A stretch of 63,053 bases of DNA, filler included, from Aduncisulcus paluster (Eukaryota): assembly GCA_024181965.1 (NCBI GenBank). It is 31 parts of 31 records of this genome, joined end to end, with 100 filler letters (N's around TTAATTAATTAA, not from the genome) between each part and the next. Parts side by side here need not be neighbours in the genome. Positions count along the whole stretch, not along the records: positions 25,643 to 27,117 come from BQXS01010296.1; positions 27,218 to 28,751 come from BQXS01010297.1; positions 28,852 to 30,018 come from BQXS01010298.1; positions 30,119 to 31,513 come from BQXS01010299.1; positions 31,614 to 33,129 come from BQXS01010301.1; positions 33,230 to 38,966 come from BQXS01010302.1; 25 more parts are not named here. One strand, written 5' to 3'. A program made the translations under genes and the position numbers. Positions 25,643 through 35,646 of the stretch are shown here, in pieces. How positions within the stretch are numbered: position 1 is the stretch's first letter; every line of letters starts with the position of its first letter. The notes below the pieces were generated by a model. The model was not told where the DNA came from, searched no databases, and was given only the letters and a program-made list of their open reading frames with translations.

Positions 25643-26193
25643 CTCATGAAGACAAGGCCGCAGGCGATGCCAGACTTAAGAATTTGCAAGCTGACCGCGT
25701 AGAGTTCAATTTTAACAAAGAACGCGGAAAATACGTTTCCATGACCGTGATGTTCGGTGAGCTGGCCGCACGGGCGCGGGTGTTCCGGCTTTCGCTGGAA
25801 AAGTGGGGCATGGATAGGGCCGATTCAATTGCAGACATGTTCGGCGGCGGGGCTGATGAATCCCGCGAACTCTGTGAAATGCTCGGTGTTGATCCTGTTC
25901 GTTTTTCTCCGGTTGTGGTGGAGTTCGCGCAGTCCAAATCACGTGAACTGGTCAAGATGTGGTTAGCGGATGTCTCCCTGCTGCTCGATGCCTATTCTTA
26001 TGGGCGGTTCCTGACCCCGGAAGCTCAAGAAGAATTTGTTGCTTCCGAAGCCGGGGCCGAGAATCTGCTTGAGTATGTGGATGGGGAAGTCGGGGCGTTG
26101 ATTGAAGGCTGTAACGAAATTATCGGTAATCAGTTTCGGGATTTCATGGCATACAATGCGATTATTTCCAGCCTGATGGAGCGTGCTTCATGA
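25643..26193 (+). CDS. Probable phage terminase small subunit, 5' truncated
   Basis: Overlaps the large-subunit start (ATGA); helical protein with an ERGKYVS motif typical of Nu1-like proteins. Confidence 0.55.
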
Positions 26194-27117
26194 GTTGCAG
26201 ACCTCCTGAAATAAAACTTTGTGAGGGTGAGGTTTCCGTTTTTCGCGCTCCGGTCAAAATTTCTACTTATGACTGGTGCCGTAAAAATCTGCGGTTGGTA
26301 GCCGGCCCGTTCAAGGATCAGCTTTGGCGTTCGGATATGACTCCCCATGCAAAAGGAATCATGGATGCCTTTGACCTGCCCAAAGTCGAGGAAGTTTTTA
26401 TCCTTGGCCCTTCCCAGACTACCAATAAAACCACCATCGCGCAGGGCTGTGTGCTTTCCAGTCTTGCGGAAAAGATCAAGCCTGTGGGTGTTGGCGTCAC
26501 CACCGAGAAGCAGCTTAAGCGCATTATGGATGATCGGCTGCGCAGGTACATTGAAGCAATCCCGGCTTTAAAAAGACGGCTTCGGGCTGACCGTTTTGCA
26601 GTTCAGAAGGATGAAATCACTTTTGATGATGATTCCAAAGTCTACGGAATGTGGTCCGGCTCTGATGCCTCCTATTCCTCGGCTTCCATGGAAATCGTGC
26701 ATTTGTCCGAGGTTGATGCCTATCAGGATTGGGCCTCTGTTTTCAAAATGCTGGAACGGCTGGACGCATATCGCATGTTGGGCACGGCCAAGGCTATTCT
26801 TGAATCAAAGGTTCGCGGCTGCATCGGCAAGCCCTCCATTTATACCCTCGCCCGTGACCGGGCGCAGATGTGGTGCAACATTGAGGCCCGTTGCCCGGCC
26901 TGCGGAACCTATCAGGTCATGACTCTTAAGCGGATCAGCGCACTTGATGAAGACGGCAAGCTGGTGACCGATCCGAAACGGATCATGAAAGAAAAGCTGG
27001 GACGTTATCAGTGCAAGTGCTGCGATTATCGCTGGAGTGATGCAGTGAAAAATGCCGCTCTGCGCGCTGGCCGTTGGCTGGGCGATCTGACCGGGGTTAG
27101 TTCTGTGGCTTTCCATA
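26190..27117 (+). CDS. Phage terminase large subunit, lambda GpA family, 3' truncated (bacterial prophage contig)
   Basis: W....TP motif, Walker A-like GPSQTTNKTT, Walker B-like IVHLSEVDAY, CPAC and CKCC zinc ribbon, GRW; about 52% GC. Confidence 0.88.
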
Positions 27118-27217
27118 NNNNNNNNNNNNNNNNNNNNNNNNNNNNNNNNNNNNNNNNNNNNTTAATTAATTAANNNNNNNNNNNNNNNNNNNNNNNNNNN
27201 NNNNNNNNNNNNNNNNN

Positions 27218-27587
27218 GTACCTTCGCCTTGAACGATTTTACGTACTCAATAAAGGATACCACCGACAAATCTTTCTTCATACACACCCCAGCAAGTTCA
27301 GTGTGCAAATCAAATGAAGAAGTAGGACCGTCAAGTTCATACAAAGCCTTTTTGAACTTTTTTAATTCTTCAGTACTATCAATGACTCCAAAACCCAAAA
27401 TATCTTTCAACGATGAAAGCAGGGCCGGATCGATCAACCTTATCCAAGAAGAAGGACTCGAAACTCTCGGATTCGATTTATATGCATCATATCTCAAGAA
27501 AAATTCATTGAGATCTTCCAAAGTGTATTTGCGCAAACACGGTACGTCTACCGTTGCACCACTTGTAGTTTGAACTGTAGCTGGCAT
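27218..27587 (-). mobile_element. Ty3/gypsy gag-like N-terminus
   Basis: Helical capsid-like pattern (F...YDAYK...LKKFKKALY...EYVKSF); resembles 31614-31930. Confidence 0.55.
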
Positions 27588-27861
27588 TTGTTCAATAATA
27601 TTATTGTTAGCTGTTCTACAGAATTTATGCTTGGAGCAAATTTACTATTTTGAAATAAAATATAAATTCCCAGTTTTTGGATTTGAAACCAAACCGGAAC
27701 CAAAAAAATAAAACATTCTTAATCCTTTAATATAATAAGATGATAACTTCAAAATAATAAATAATAATAATAGTTTCTGTCAATAATAAATAAACAACAT
27801 TGTAATACCATCATACTAACAGTGTGTTGTGGCTGGGTTTCCACGATTTTCGAGCCGATGA

Positions 27862-27941
27862 TGTGAGTTTCTCATGGTTTCTAATTATAGAACCATGCCC
27901 CGTCATCATTTCTAATAAATTGTACCACTGTTATTTCTACA
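27862..27941 (+). repeat. Candidate 80-bp LTR followed by a PBS-like TGGTGG
   Basis: TGT...ACA ends, TCTAATTATAGA at positions 19-30 and AATAAATTGTA at about position 53, the same register as the 90-bp LTRs. Confidence 0.6.
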
Positions 27942-27946
27942 TGGTG

Positions 27947-28573
27947 GCGAGTTATGGTCTGAAAATGGTCCACCTTGACCATTTTCCATTTTTTTTAGTC
28001 AATAAACATGGACCCAAAATTGGTCAATATTTGTTGACCATTTTTTGGTCTCAATATCTAGACCATAAATATGGTCAAGGTTTATTGACCAACCAGATTG
28101 TGACCGTTTTTTGGTCAATAAATCATGACCATATTTGGTATGAAAATGGTCAAAATGAGAAATCGAAAAAAAAGAAAAACTATTTTTAGATATATGAATA
28201 TCGGCTGGCCGTAAATCTGATTTTGGGGAGGGAAAATTGCCCGGCTAGCCGGCGATTCTAATCTCGAAATTGGCCGATGACGAGACTTGAACCAGGGCTT
28301 TACGTATAAGAGAACACCCATCTACCACTACACTATGGAGATCAACAAAAATATTGTTTTGAAAAAAAATGTATAGAAAAAAAATATCTATAAATAGCTT
28401 CTATTTTTAATGAAAAAATTTTGGTCATGACCATTTTCTGACCGTTGACCAAAACTTGACCAACTTTGATCAAAAAAGGTTGACCATTTTTGAATATGAC
28501 CAATTCTTGACCAAATAATGGTCACAGTTTTTGGTCATAAATTGGTCATGACCATTTTCTGACCATACCTCTG
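27947..28573. mobile_element. Non-autonomous DNA transposon (MITE-like) with imperfect TIRs and TGACCA subterminal repeats
   Basis: Left GAGTTATGGTCTGAAAATGGTC versus reverse complement of the right end CAGAGGTATGGTCAGAAAATGGTC; many TGACCA/TGGTCA motifs at both ends. Confidence 0.7.
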
Positions 28574-28652
28574 TACTAGCTGAGCAAATTTACTTGAAAA
28601 AGGATGAACTGTGTAATCTAAAAATAGACTTCGAGAATTACAAAGAACAAGG

Positions 28653-28742
28653 TGTGGCAATGTATTCCGAAGATTACGTACAATTTACTATAATAAAGGA
28701 TCGGATCGGCGATCTATATTTAGACCATTGAGAGATACCACA
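28653..28742 (-). repeat. 90-bp 3' LTR preceded by a polypurine tract (GGAGGAGGA)
   Basis: TGTGG...CCACA termini, TAAATATA box, AGTAAA signal. Confidence 0.75.
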
Positions 28743-28852
28743 TCCTCCTCCNNNNNNNNNNNNNNNNNNNNNNNNNNNNNNNNNNNNNNNNNNNNTTAAT
28801 TAATTAANNNNNNNNNNNNNNNNNNNNNNNNNNNNNNNNNNNNNNNNNNNNC

Positions 28853-29185
28853 GTCCCTCGTCTCCACGCAATTGTCTCCGAGGCCTCCCTCGACAAGTGG
28901 AAGGATGATGTTGAAGCCAAATGCGCCGGCAACATCGACCTTCTTCGCTCTTGGTGCTGGGTCCTTAGTGGTTTTGCCGAGGACCCGAGTGAACGGTTCC
29001 GCTTCTTCCTGAAGAAGGTTGCTGGGCTTCTTACCCCTGGCGCCCCTAACCACCTTAAGTGGCTGGCTGAACATGGCGGGGACCTCCAAGAGGTTGAAAT
29101 TGTCTGGAAGGCACTCGGAATTGAAGAAGAAATGCCAACTGGCCCAGCGGAAGAACCAGTCCACCCTACCCCTGAAATACTGTAA
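28853..29185 (+). CDS. C-terminal 110 aa of a hypothetical protein (not in the ORF track)
   Basis: Open from the contig edge: VPRLHAIVSEASLDKWKDD...HPTPEIL*, biased codon use, followed by AATAAA. Confidence 0.6.
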   Translation, partial: VPRLHAIVSEASLDKWKDDVEAKCAGNIDLLRSWCWVLSGFAEDPSERFRFFLKKVAGLLTPGAPNHLKWLAEHGGDLQEVEIVWKALGIEEEMPTGPAEEPVHPTPEIL

Positions 29186-29299
29186 TTGGCCAATGGAAGT
29201 TGGGAGTTTAATGCAGGGTTATAAACCAATGCTTCTCACTATTAATACTAATAAATAATTTGTTTGAACATATAGTAAATAATGTTGTCTTGATAGAGT

Positions 29300-30016
29300 T
29301 TATTCAGATTCAGAAGAAGATATGGTACAGTGTTCTGGTGAATACAGGGAACATGCTGGCTTGTGATCCAGATCAGCTTTTGCCAAATACCACTTGCGAG
29401 ATTCCTTGTTATGTTTCACAGTCGCCAAGGTTGCCTTGCACTCACGACAACGTAAATATGCAATTAAAGGCTTCCTAGAGGGAGTCTTTCGGACATCATA
29501 CATACAAACTAGTCCAGTTCTGTCTGTTACCAGCTTGTACACTTCTTTCGGCGTGGAGCCAATTGCTCCAACGAATTCCCCAGGACAACGCCATGTCTGT
29601 ACCATATCAACCTCCCAGCCCTTCGCAGCCATTTGTCCCACAGGCAACGCTCGTTTAAAAAAGACTGGTCGCACATGTTTCTCGTGCCAACCCATATAGA
29701 CCCGCCTAGCCAAGCCATCCGCCGGCGAATTGTAGATGGCCAGATGCTTGTCTTCCAGCGAAAGAAACCAGATACACACACCCATATCGCATGCAGCCTG
29801 CATGTAATGGGCATTATGTGCAAGCGAAGACGGAAGTAACTCCGTCTTTAATTCTTCTGTGCTCAGGCGGTGGGTCAGAAACATGTTTAAGACAGTTCTT
29901 GCCTTTAAGGCAGGGGCGAGATGAGGTAGAAGAGCCTGGTCGAACCCCATGGCAACAAGAAGTGCTTGGTAGAAGCAGTCAGCATTCTCCGGTGTCGAAT
30001 CAATCGCAATACTACG
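29300..30016 (-). CDS. OTU-like cysteine protease domain plus WRKY/GCM1-like zinc finger, 5' truncated
   Basis: In-frame upstream NADCFYQAL, later MGWHEKHVRPV; C-terminal LRCREC...W......H...C. Confidence 0.6.
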   Translation of the reverse strand, partial: RSIAIDSTPENADCFYQALLVAMGFDQALLPHLAPALKARTVLNMFLTHRLSTEELKTELLPSSLAHNAHYMQAACDMGVCIWFLSLEDKHLAIYNSPADGLARRVYMGWHEKHVRPVFFKRALPVGQMAAKGWEVDMVQTWRCPGEFVGAIGSTPKEVYKLVTDRTGLVCMYDVRKTPSRKPLIAYLRCRECKATLATVKHNKESRKWYLAKADLDHKPACSLYSPEHCTISSSESE

Positions 30017-30119
30017 TGNNNNNNNNNNNNNNNNNNNNNNNNNNNNNNNNNNNNNNNNNNNNTTAATTAATTAANNNNNNNNNNNNNNNNNNNNNNNNNN
30101 NNNNNNNNNNNNNNNNNNT

Positions 30120-31004
30120 TTCCTTCCTGTTGATCTCCCTGATGTTGTTCTGTGTGAGATTACAGGGAAAGGAAGAGAGGAAGAGTATTTTGGAATCCTC
30201 TCCCTTCTTTTCATTAGAAAAGAAACCCCTGAAGAAATCGCATCTCGTGAAGCTAAAGAGAAACTATGGTCTGAAGCTCCAGTTGTGAAACCAGAGTTTG
30301 TTAAGGAAGGATGGAGTTCTATTCCCATTCCACGTGATGACCCACATCTTGTGGTCCCTTCATTCTCAATGGTTAAATGCCAGAATGATTCGAAGAGTAA
30401 GGAATCTGAGGGATATGATCAGAGTTCAGATGCACAAGAAATGTTAAAAGGGAAAGGTGATGATGTTCGCTTATCCCATCTTTCCATTCCTTTCTCATCA
30501 CCTAATCCAATGAAAGGTGCTTATATCTGTGTGGAGAAGTATGGTAGTTCACCCACTCTTCTCTTCACCTTCACTGATTGTGATGGTAAGAAGATATTCA
30601 AGAAGTATGAATTCACACAACCTAAACATAGATTCGAATGGCATTTCCTTGCTATTGGTTTGGATAATGTTGTATTGTGTGAGATTGAAGGGAAAGGAAG
30701 GTGGGATGTGAAGAATTGTCGATATTTCTGCATCTACTCCCTTGTTTTCCTTCGAGGCGATGAAGACTACGGAGTCCAGTCCTCTCTCGAAGGACTCGTT
30801 TCACCATATCTCGGAGAGTTGAATTCTCTTCTTACACCAGAAGCAAAAGATGGAACTGAGGAAAAAGGAGATGAAAAGTACGATCAGACTTCTGAAGCAC
30901 AAGATATGATGAAAGCACTCCTTTCCACTTTCGCAGAGTTGACTTCTCGTATTGAAGCTGAGTCTGTTCAGGAAGAAGGCGATGAACTTTGTCCAGTTGT
31001 GTGA
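30120..31004 (+). CDS. Lineage-expanded repeat-module protein, 5' truncated (about 1.5 modules)
   Basis: FLPVDLPDVVLCEI is repeated as FLAIGLDNVVLCEI; paralog of 7330-7596. Confidence 0.8.
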   Translation, partial: FLPVDLPDVVLCEITGKGREEEYFGILSLLFIRKETPEEIASREAKEKLWSEAPVVKPEFVKEGWSSIPIPRDDPHLVVPSFSMVKCQNDSKSKESEGYDQSSDAQEMLKGKGDDVRLSHLSIPFSSPNPMKGAYICVEKYGSSPTLLFTFTDCDGKKIFKKYEFTQPKHRFEWHFLAIGLDNVVLCEIEGKGRWDVKNCRYFCIYSLVFLRGDEDYGVQSSLEGLVSPYLGELNSLLTPEAKDGTEEKGDEKYDQTSEAQDMMKALLSTFAELTSRIEAESVQEEGDELCPVV

Positions 31005-31037
31005 GATTCACAACGACACAAATAAAAAATTTTCAGT

Positions 31038-31166
31038 TGAATTACAAGTGGAACCTGTATTACAACTGAAAATATAATTCGTTACAACTGAATTACAAGT
31101 GGAACCTATATTACAACTGAAAATATAATTTGTTACAACTGAAAATATAGTGAATTACAACTGAAT
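31038..31166 (+). repeat. 51-bp tandem duplication with TTACAAC(TG) motifs
   Basis: Units start at 31038 and 31089; similar motifs occur at about 55130-55250. Confidence 0.8.
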
Positions 31167-31613
31167 TCCATTCCACGATAGGTATGGAATACTACCATGA
31201 AGTCATTTCAATTTGCAGATTTATTATCTATTTTCTCAATGGGGAAACCAAAAAATCACCTTGAATTCCAATGTATCCAAGATCAGCAGCTTTAGCACAT
31301 TGAATTCTTCTTTTTACACGATCAATCGGAACATTTCGGACATCAACAGGTTTATATAAGTAGAATAAGGCTTTGGAGCCTATTGAAGCAAATGTATGAT
31401 AACCATATACACGTCCAGAAACAGTGGTATCATCAACTACCTTATCAAACTTAAGAATCGAATCATCTTCATCAAAATGACGATAAAGATAGTATAATCC
31501 ATTATGGAATCTANNNNNNNNNNNNNNNNNNNNNNNNNNNNNNNNNNNNNNNNNNNNTTAATTAATTAANNNNNNNNNNNNNNNNNNNNNNNNNNNNNNN
31601 NNNNNNNNNNNNN

Positions 31614-31930
31614 ACGGCAAAGAGTTTTATCGTATCCAAATGATACAACGTATCGAGAGCTGTCTTTCGACCGAAGTGAGATCTCACTTTCGTTAAGAAC
31701 TCAACTTCATTGGCCTTGAGACGTTCCTGATCGGTTGCTTCCTCTGGATTAACAAGCTTACACTGACAGACGCTTTCATAAATTGATCTTACGTCTTGTT
31801 GAATCAAAACGAATAGGGGTGCATCCCCCTTCATCGCACGATAGCTTTCCAGCTCTTGAGTAAATTTCCGAAACTGGAAAGAGCCATAGCGAGCCAAATA
31901 AGGTGGCTTCTTACAAACTTCATGCAACAT
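31614..31930 (-). mobile_element. Ty3/gypsy gag-like N-terminus
   Basis: PP.L.......FRKF..ELESY pattern; a possible short LTR (32098-31998) and TGG PBS lie upstream. Confidence 0.55.
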
Positions 31931-32141
31931 TTTCAGTGATTATTGATCAATAATGTTTTGAACTCGTTACAATTTATTAAAAATATAGGTGGGCCAATGA
32001 AGGTCCTAAAAATAGAATGTGAGAATATGTGAAATCATATAAAAATAATAAATAAAATATTAAATAATATTATATACTGCGTATATAACAGTTGTTCATA
32101 GTAATATTCGAAAGATTTGTGGGGAACACTCTTTAGAGGAG

Positions 32142-32399
32142 ATGAAATTAATTCGAGGAATGGATTGTCGGTCTTGGCCTGTTGAAAAGGTGATAGATCA
32201 CAAAAGGGAAAGAAATACTCCCTATTTTTTGGCAGTCTTCTTGGATGGAACTGAGAAATGGCTATCGATTGATCAGGTTATAGGATCTATTCCTTTGGAA
32301 CATTATTTGATTGAACATAATGAGGCTTTGAACGATGTTATTCAGTTTGAGGTGAAACATCCTCGTAAAAAGAAGCCTGGTCGTAAGAAGAAGGTGTAA
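32142..32399 (+). mobile_element. Chromodomain, probably the C-terminus of a chromovirus integrase
   Basis: WPVEKVIDHK.....YFLAVF....EKW; followed by purine tract GAGAAGGAAGG and a possible 83-bp LTR (32497-32579). Confidence 0.65.
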
Positions 32400-32740
32400 A
32401 ATTTATTTTTTTGTTATTGACGGTAGTATTTTTATTTATATTCCATCATATATGTTGTCTATAAGGAACAAGCTTTTGCTTCGAGAAGGAAGGTAATGTC
32501 ATGGGTCCATGGATGACAGAATATAAATCTTTATTATCTATTTTATTTTATAAATTATAATCTGATATTATAATTAACATTTATACTTCGTTATAATGTC
32601 TTAACTCGATGTTCGGAAGGTCAAGCTTTTTGTGTTTTGAAAACTAGAGTTTTTGTATCTCTATTTAGCGCGAACATGGAACAAAGAATAAATTTGCTTA
32701 CAGCCATATTATTAATTTACTTCGGATCAACAATAATAAT

Positions 32741-33129
32741 TTATAGATAATCAAAGTCAAATTTCAGCTGATATTGTCGAATTCGACGGAGGAAAGCCTC
32801 AGCATCTTTCAAAACTTTATCCGTCCCTGCCAATGGAGAATCTTGTTCTTCTTGGAAAGATTCAGTCTCTTGTTGCAGAACTTTGTCTCTTTTCTTTACC
32901 AATGGAGAAGTACGAGAACGTCCCTGAATTTCCCTTCGTTTCTTATAAACAGGCTTAGGATCATCCATCGACACAGAATCATCATCACCAACTTCCTCTT
33001 CTTCCTCTCCTGTACAGGTCGCATATTTGGGACGCAGGCTTGGGGTATGAATCGAATAAATGTTTGTAACGTTATCTTCTTCCATGATCTTCACATGAGG
33101 AGACCCACCATGTCCATGCACAGTAACAG
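32741..33129 (-). CDS. Hypothetical protein C-terminus
   Basis: Open from the contig edge to a stop codon. Confidence 0.45.
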
Positions 33130-33231
33130 NNNNNNNNNNNNNNNNNNNNNNNNNNNNNNNNNNNNNNNNNNNNTTAATTAATTAANNNNNNNNNNNNNNN
33201 NNNNNNNNNNNNNNNNNNNNNNNNNNNNNAT

Positions 33232-34767
33232 TTGAAGAAATCTTCATCGTCTCCTTCTGGTACAGTATCTGGAGAAGATCTTTCTGGGGGTGAGAAAGAG
33301 AAAGATGAAGAAGATATTCAGGTTTCATGTCCATCTTCTGCCTCAGGATTCTCTCGAATGTCAGAGAATGTTCTTGCTGCCTTAGATCTGAAGAAAGAGA
33401 GGCTGAAAAAACAGAAACGAGCATTGGTCGCATCTATATCTGCCATTGACAAGGAGAGACATTCATTCGCCCTTGAAGCTCGCAGAGTTGAATTGGAGAA
33501 ATCATGTCGTTTCAGTGAATTCCCTGCTATTCCCATTGCCCCAGCTCCCGAAGAAGCCACTTCTGGACCCTCTTCTTCTTCTTCTTCCTCCTCCTCTTCG
33601 TATTTGTCTGATGTGGTATGTTACACGCCTTCCATGTGTGGGTTCGGTCAAGATGCAGGTCTGTTCACATCTGTCCTTGGGCTGACTCCAAGAATATGCC
33701 TCCAAACAGGTGTTATGGTCGGGATAAGCGGACTATGTGATGGAACGACTTTGCATCATGGTGGAAGTACAATTGGGGAAGCAAGTGGAGACTCTGAAGT
33801 GGGATCTAGTGCTACAAAATCCTTTGAAACCCCTGAGAAAAGAGCCTTGTTACACTCTTCTCTTATTCCTCTTTCTTCATCATCTGTTCAAACTCCACCT
33901 TCATTTGACCCTGACATCCAGAGGTTCCGTCTCGTAAAGCTGCTTGGTAAAGGTGGCTTTGGAGAGGTTTACCTTGCGTTTGATTTGTGTGAGATGAGGT
34001 TTTGTGCAGTTAAACTCAGTGAAATATCCTCAACGTGGAGTCAGAATCACCGTGCATTCTTTGTGCGGCATGCTGTCCGTGAGAGTGATGTTCTCAAGAC
34101 TTTGACATCGATGACCCATCACAACCACGTGGTAAGGTTGTACGACGGTTTCACTCTCGGAGATGATTGCCTCGTCCTTGTCCTTGAGTATTGTGGTGGA
34201 GGTGATCTATTCAACTATATGCGGAGCTGTGGTGGGAAGTTGAGTGAAAGTGAAGTGAAAGGGATCGTTCGCCAGGTCTGCTCTGCCCTTTTCCATCTCC
34301 ATTCAAATAATATTATCCATTATGATCTCAAACCAGCCAATGTATTGTTTGACTGCAATGGTATTGTTAAGCTGACTGACTTTGGACTATGTAAAGTGAT
34401 TCCCAATGGTGCCTCGGGCATTGAGGCCACCAGTCGTGATGCAGGGACCTTCTTCTATCTCCCGCCAGAGGTGCACACATCGTCAACACTCACACCCACA
34501 GTGGATACTTGGAGTCTTGGAGTGATGACATATGAAATGCTAATGGGGACCCGACCATTTGGTCTTGGATCTGTCACACAGGATCACCTCAGAATGTCTG
34601 GAATGGGTGCATTCGTGAGTGACGCACTCGAGTTTAGTTCAAACATTGGTCCAGATGCTCGGCAATTCATTGAGGGTTGCTTGAAATTCAATCCATCTGA
34701 GCGGTTGAGTTCAGAGAAATGTTTGGCTCATACTTGGCTCTGTGAAACGGGGAAAAAGAAGAAATGA
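33232..34767 (+). CDS. TLK: Tousled-like Ser/Thr kinase, 5' truncated
   Basis: LLGKGGFGEVYLAFDL, W.......RHAVRE, IIHYDLKPAN, DFG, AGTFFYLPPE; upstream coiled coil. Confidence 0.85.
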   Translation: MKKSSSSPSGTVSGEDLSGGEKEKDEEDIQVSCPSSASGFSRMSENVLAALDLKKERLKKQKRALVASISAIDKERHSFALEARRVELEKSCRFSEFPAIPIAPAPEEATSGPSSSSSSSSSSYLSDVVCYTPSMCGFGQDAGLFTSVLGLTPRICLQTGVMVGISGLCDGTTLHHGGSTIGEASGDSEVGSSATKSFETPEKRALLHSSLIPLSSSSVQTPPSFDPDIQRFRLVKLLGKGGFGEVYLAFDLCEMRFCAVKLSEISSTWSQNHRAFFVRHAVRESDVLKTLTSMTHHNHVVRLYDGFTLGDDCLVLVLEYCGGGDLFNYMRSCGGKLSESEVKGIVRQVCSALFHLHSNNIIHYDLKPANVLFDCNGIVKLTDFGLCKVIPNGASGIEATSRDAGTFFYLPPEVHTSSTLTPTVDTWSLGVMTYEMLMGTRPFGLGSVTQDHLRMSGMGAFVSDALEFSSNIGPDARQFIEGCLKFNPSERLSSEKCLAHTWLCETGKKKK

Positions 34768-35646
34768 AAGCTATAAATTATTCGATTTTAAAACAATGTT
34801 TAATGGTTCGTTCAAAAATTACTCCTTCAATATCTCAGTATTGTATTGTATGGGGAGGTTTATGAATCCAAAATTAGACAAGGCAAATTGAAATGATACC
34901 AAACGTTTGGAATGTTCGATGCTTACAAAAAAAGCTTAATAAGGCACATTTTTACAGAAGGTTTCGAGCACTGATATGTTTCAAGTAATCCACGACAGAA
35001 TTAATCATGTTCTTCCTTCATTTTGCTATGATTCCATTTTATTTTGTGTTTTAAATGATATTTTGTCTTGTATCTTTGAGTCAAAATGGTATGCGGTTTC
35101 GTAACAAAACTTTTGTTGAAGATTTTGATTTGACTCTTTGGCTCTTTCTTTAAACTTTAAAGTTTCTTCATGTACGAACCTGTCAGTTACACATGAATAT
35201 CGTATCTTTAAGATACTATCTTGAATGATTCTGTAGGGAAAACTGTAAAAAGGTACAAAAAGTTGATGTATCGTAAATAGCTGTTAAGCTTAAAATTTAT
35301 TCGATACATTCATTGCCTCCATAAATTCCAAAAGTAAATATGCATAAATTAATGTAATTAAGTGAGAAAAAGCTGTTTTTAAAAACAAAAGAAAACAAAA
35401 CAAATTGAAAAAAAATAGAAAGAAATTAAAGCCAGAGAGAGATTAATAATGGATTTTATATTATATTCTAATATTATTAGAGATCATTCAATATAGAAAA
35501 AAATGGATAAAATTGGACAAGAAAGTATCGGTCAATGAAGGAATTGTGTAGAAATAATAAGAAAAGAAAATGATAGAATGAATTGTGATGATATAACGAA
35601 AAATGTATAAAAAATGGGGATCTTCAATTCAATATTCAAATAATAT

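Noticed and set aside
25643-27587. Terminase next to a gag ORF as a hybrid virus-retroelement system
   Set aside because: They are on different contigs separated by a spacer and differ sharply in GC content
28796-29258. Listed ORFs 28796-29164, 28804-29229 and 29019-29258
   Set aside because: The unlisted + frame 28853-29185 has more protein-like composition and a 3' AATAAA
31038-31166. Possible mini-CRISPR
   Set aside because: The units are contiguous tandem copies with no unique spacers, and there are no cas genes
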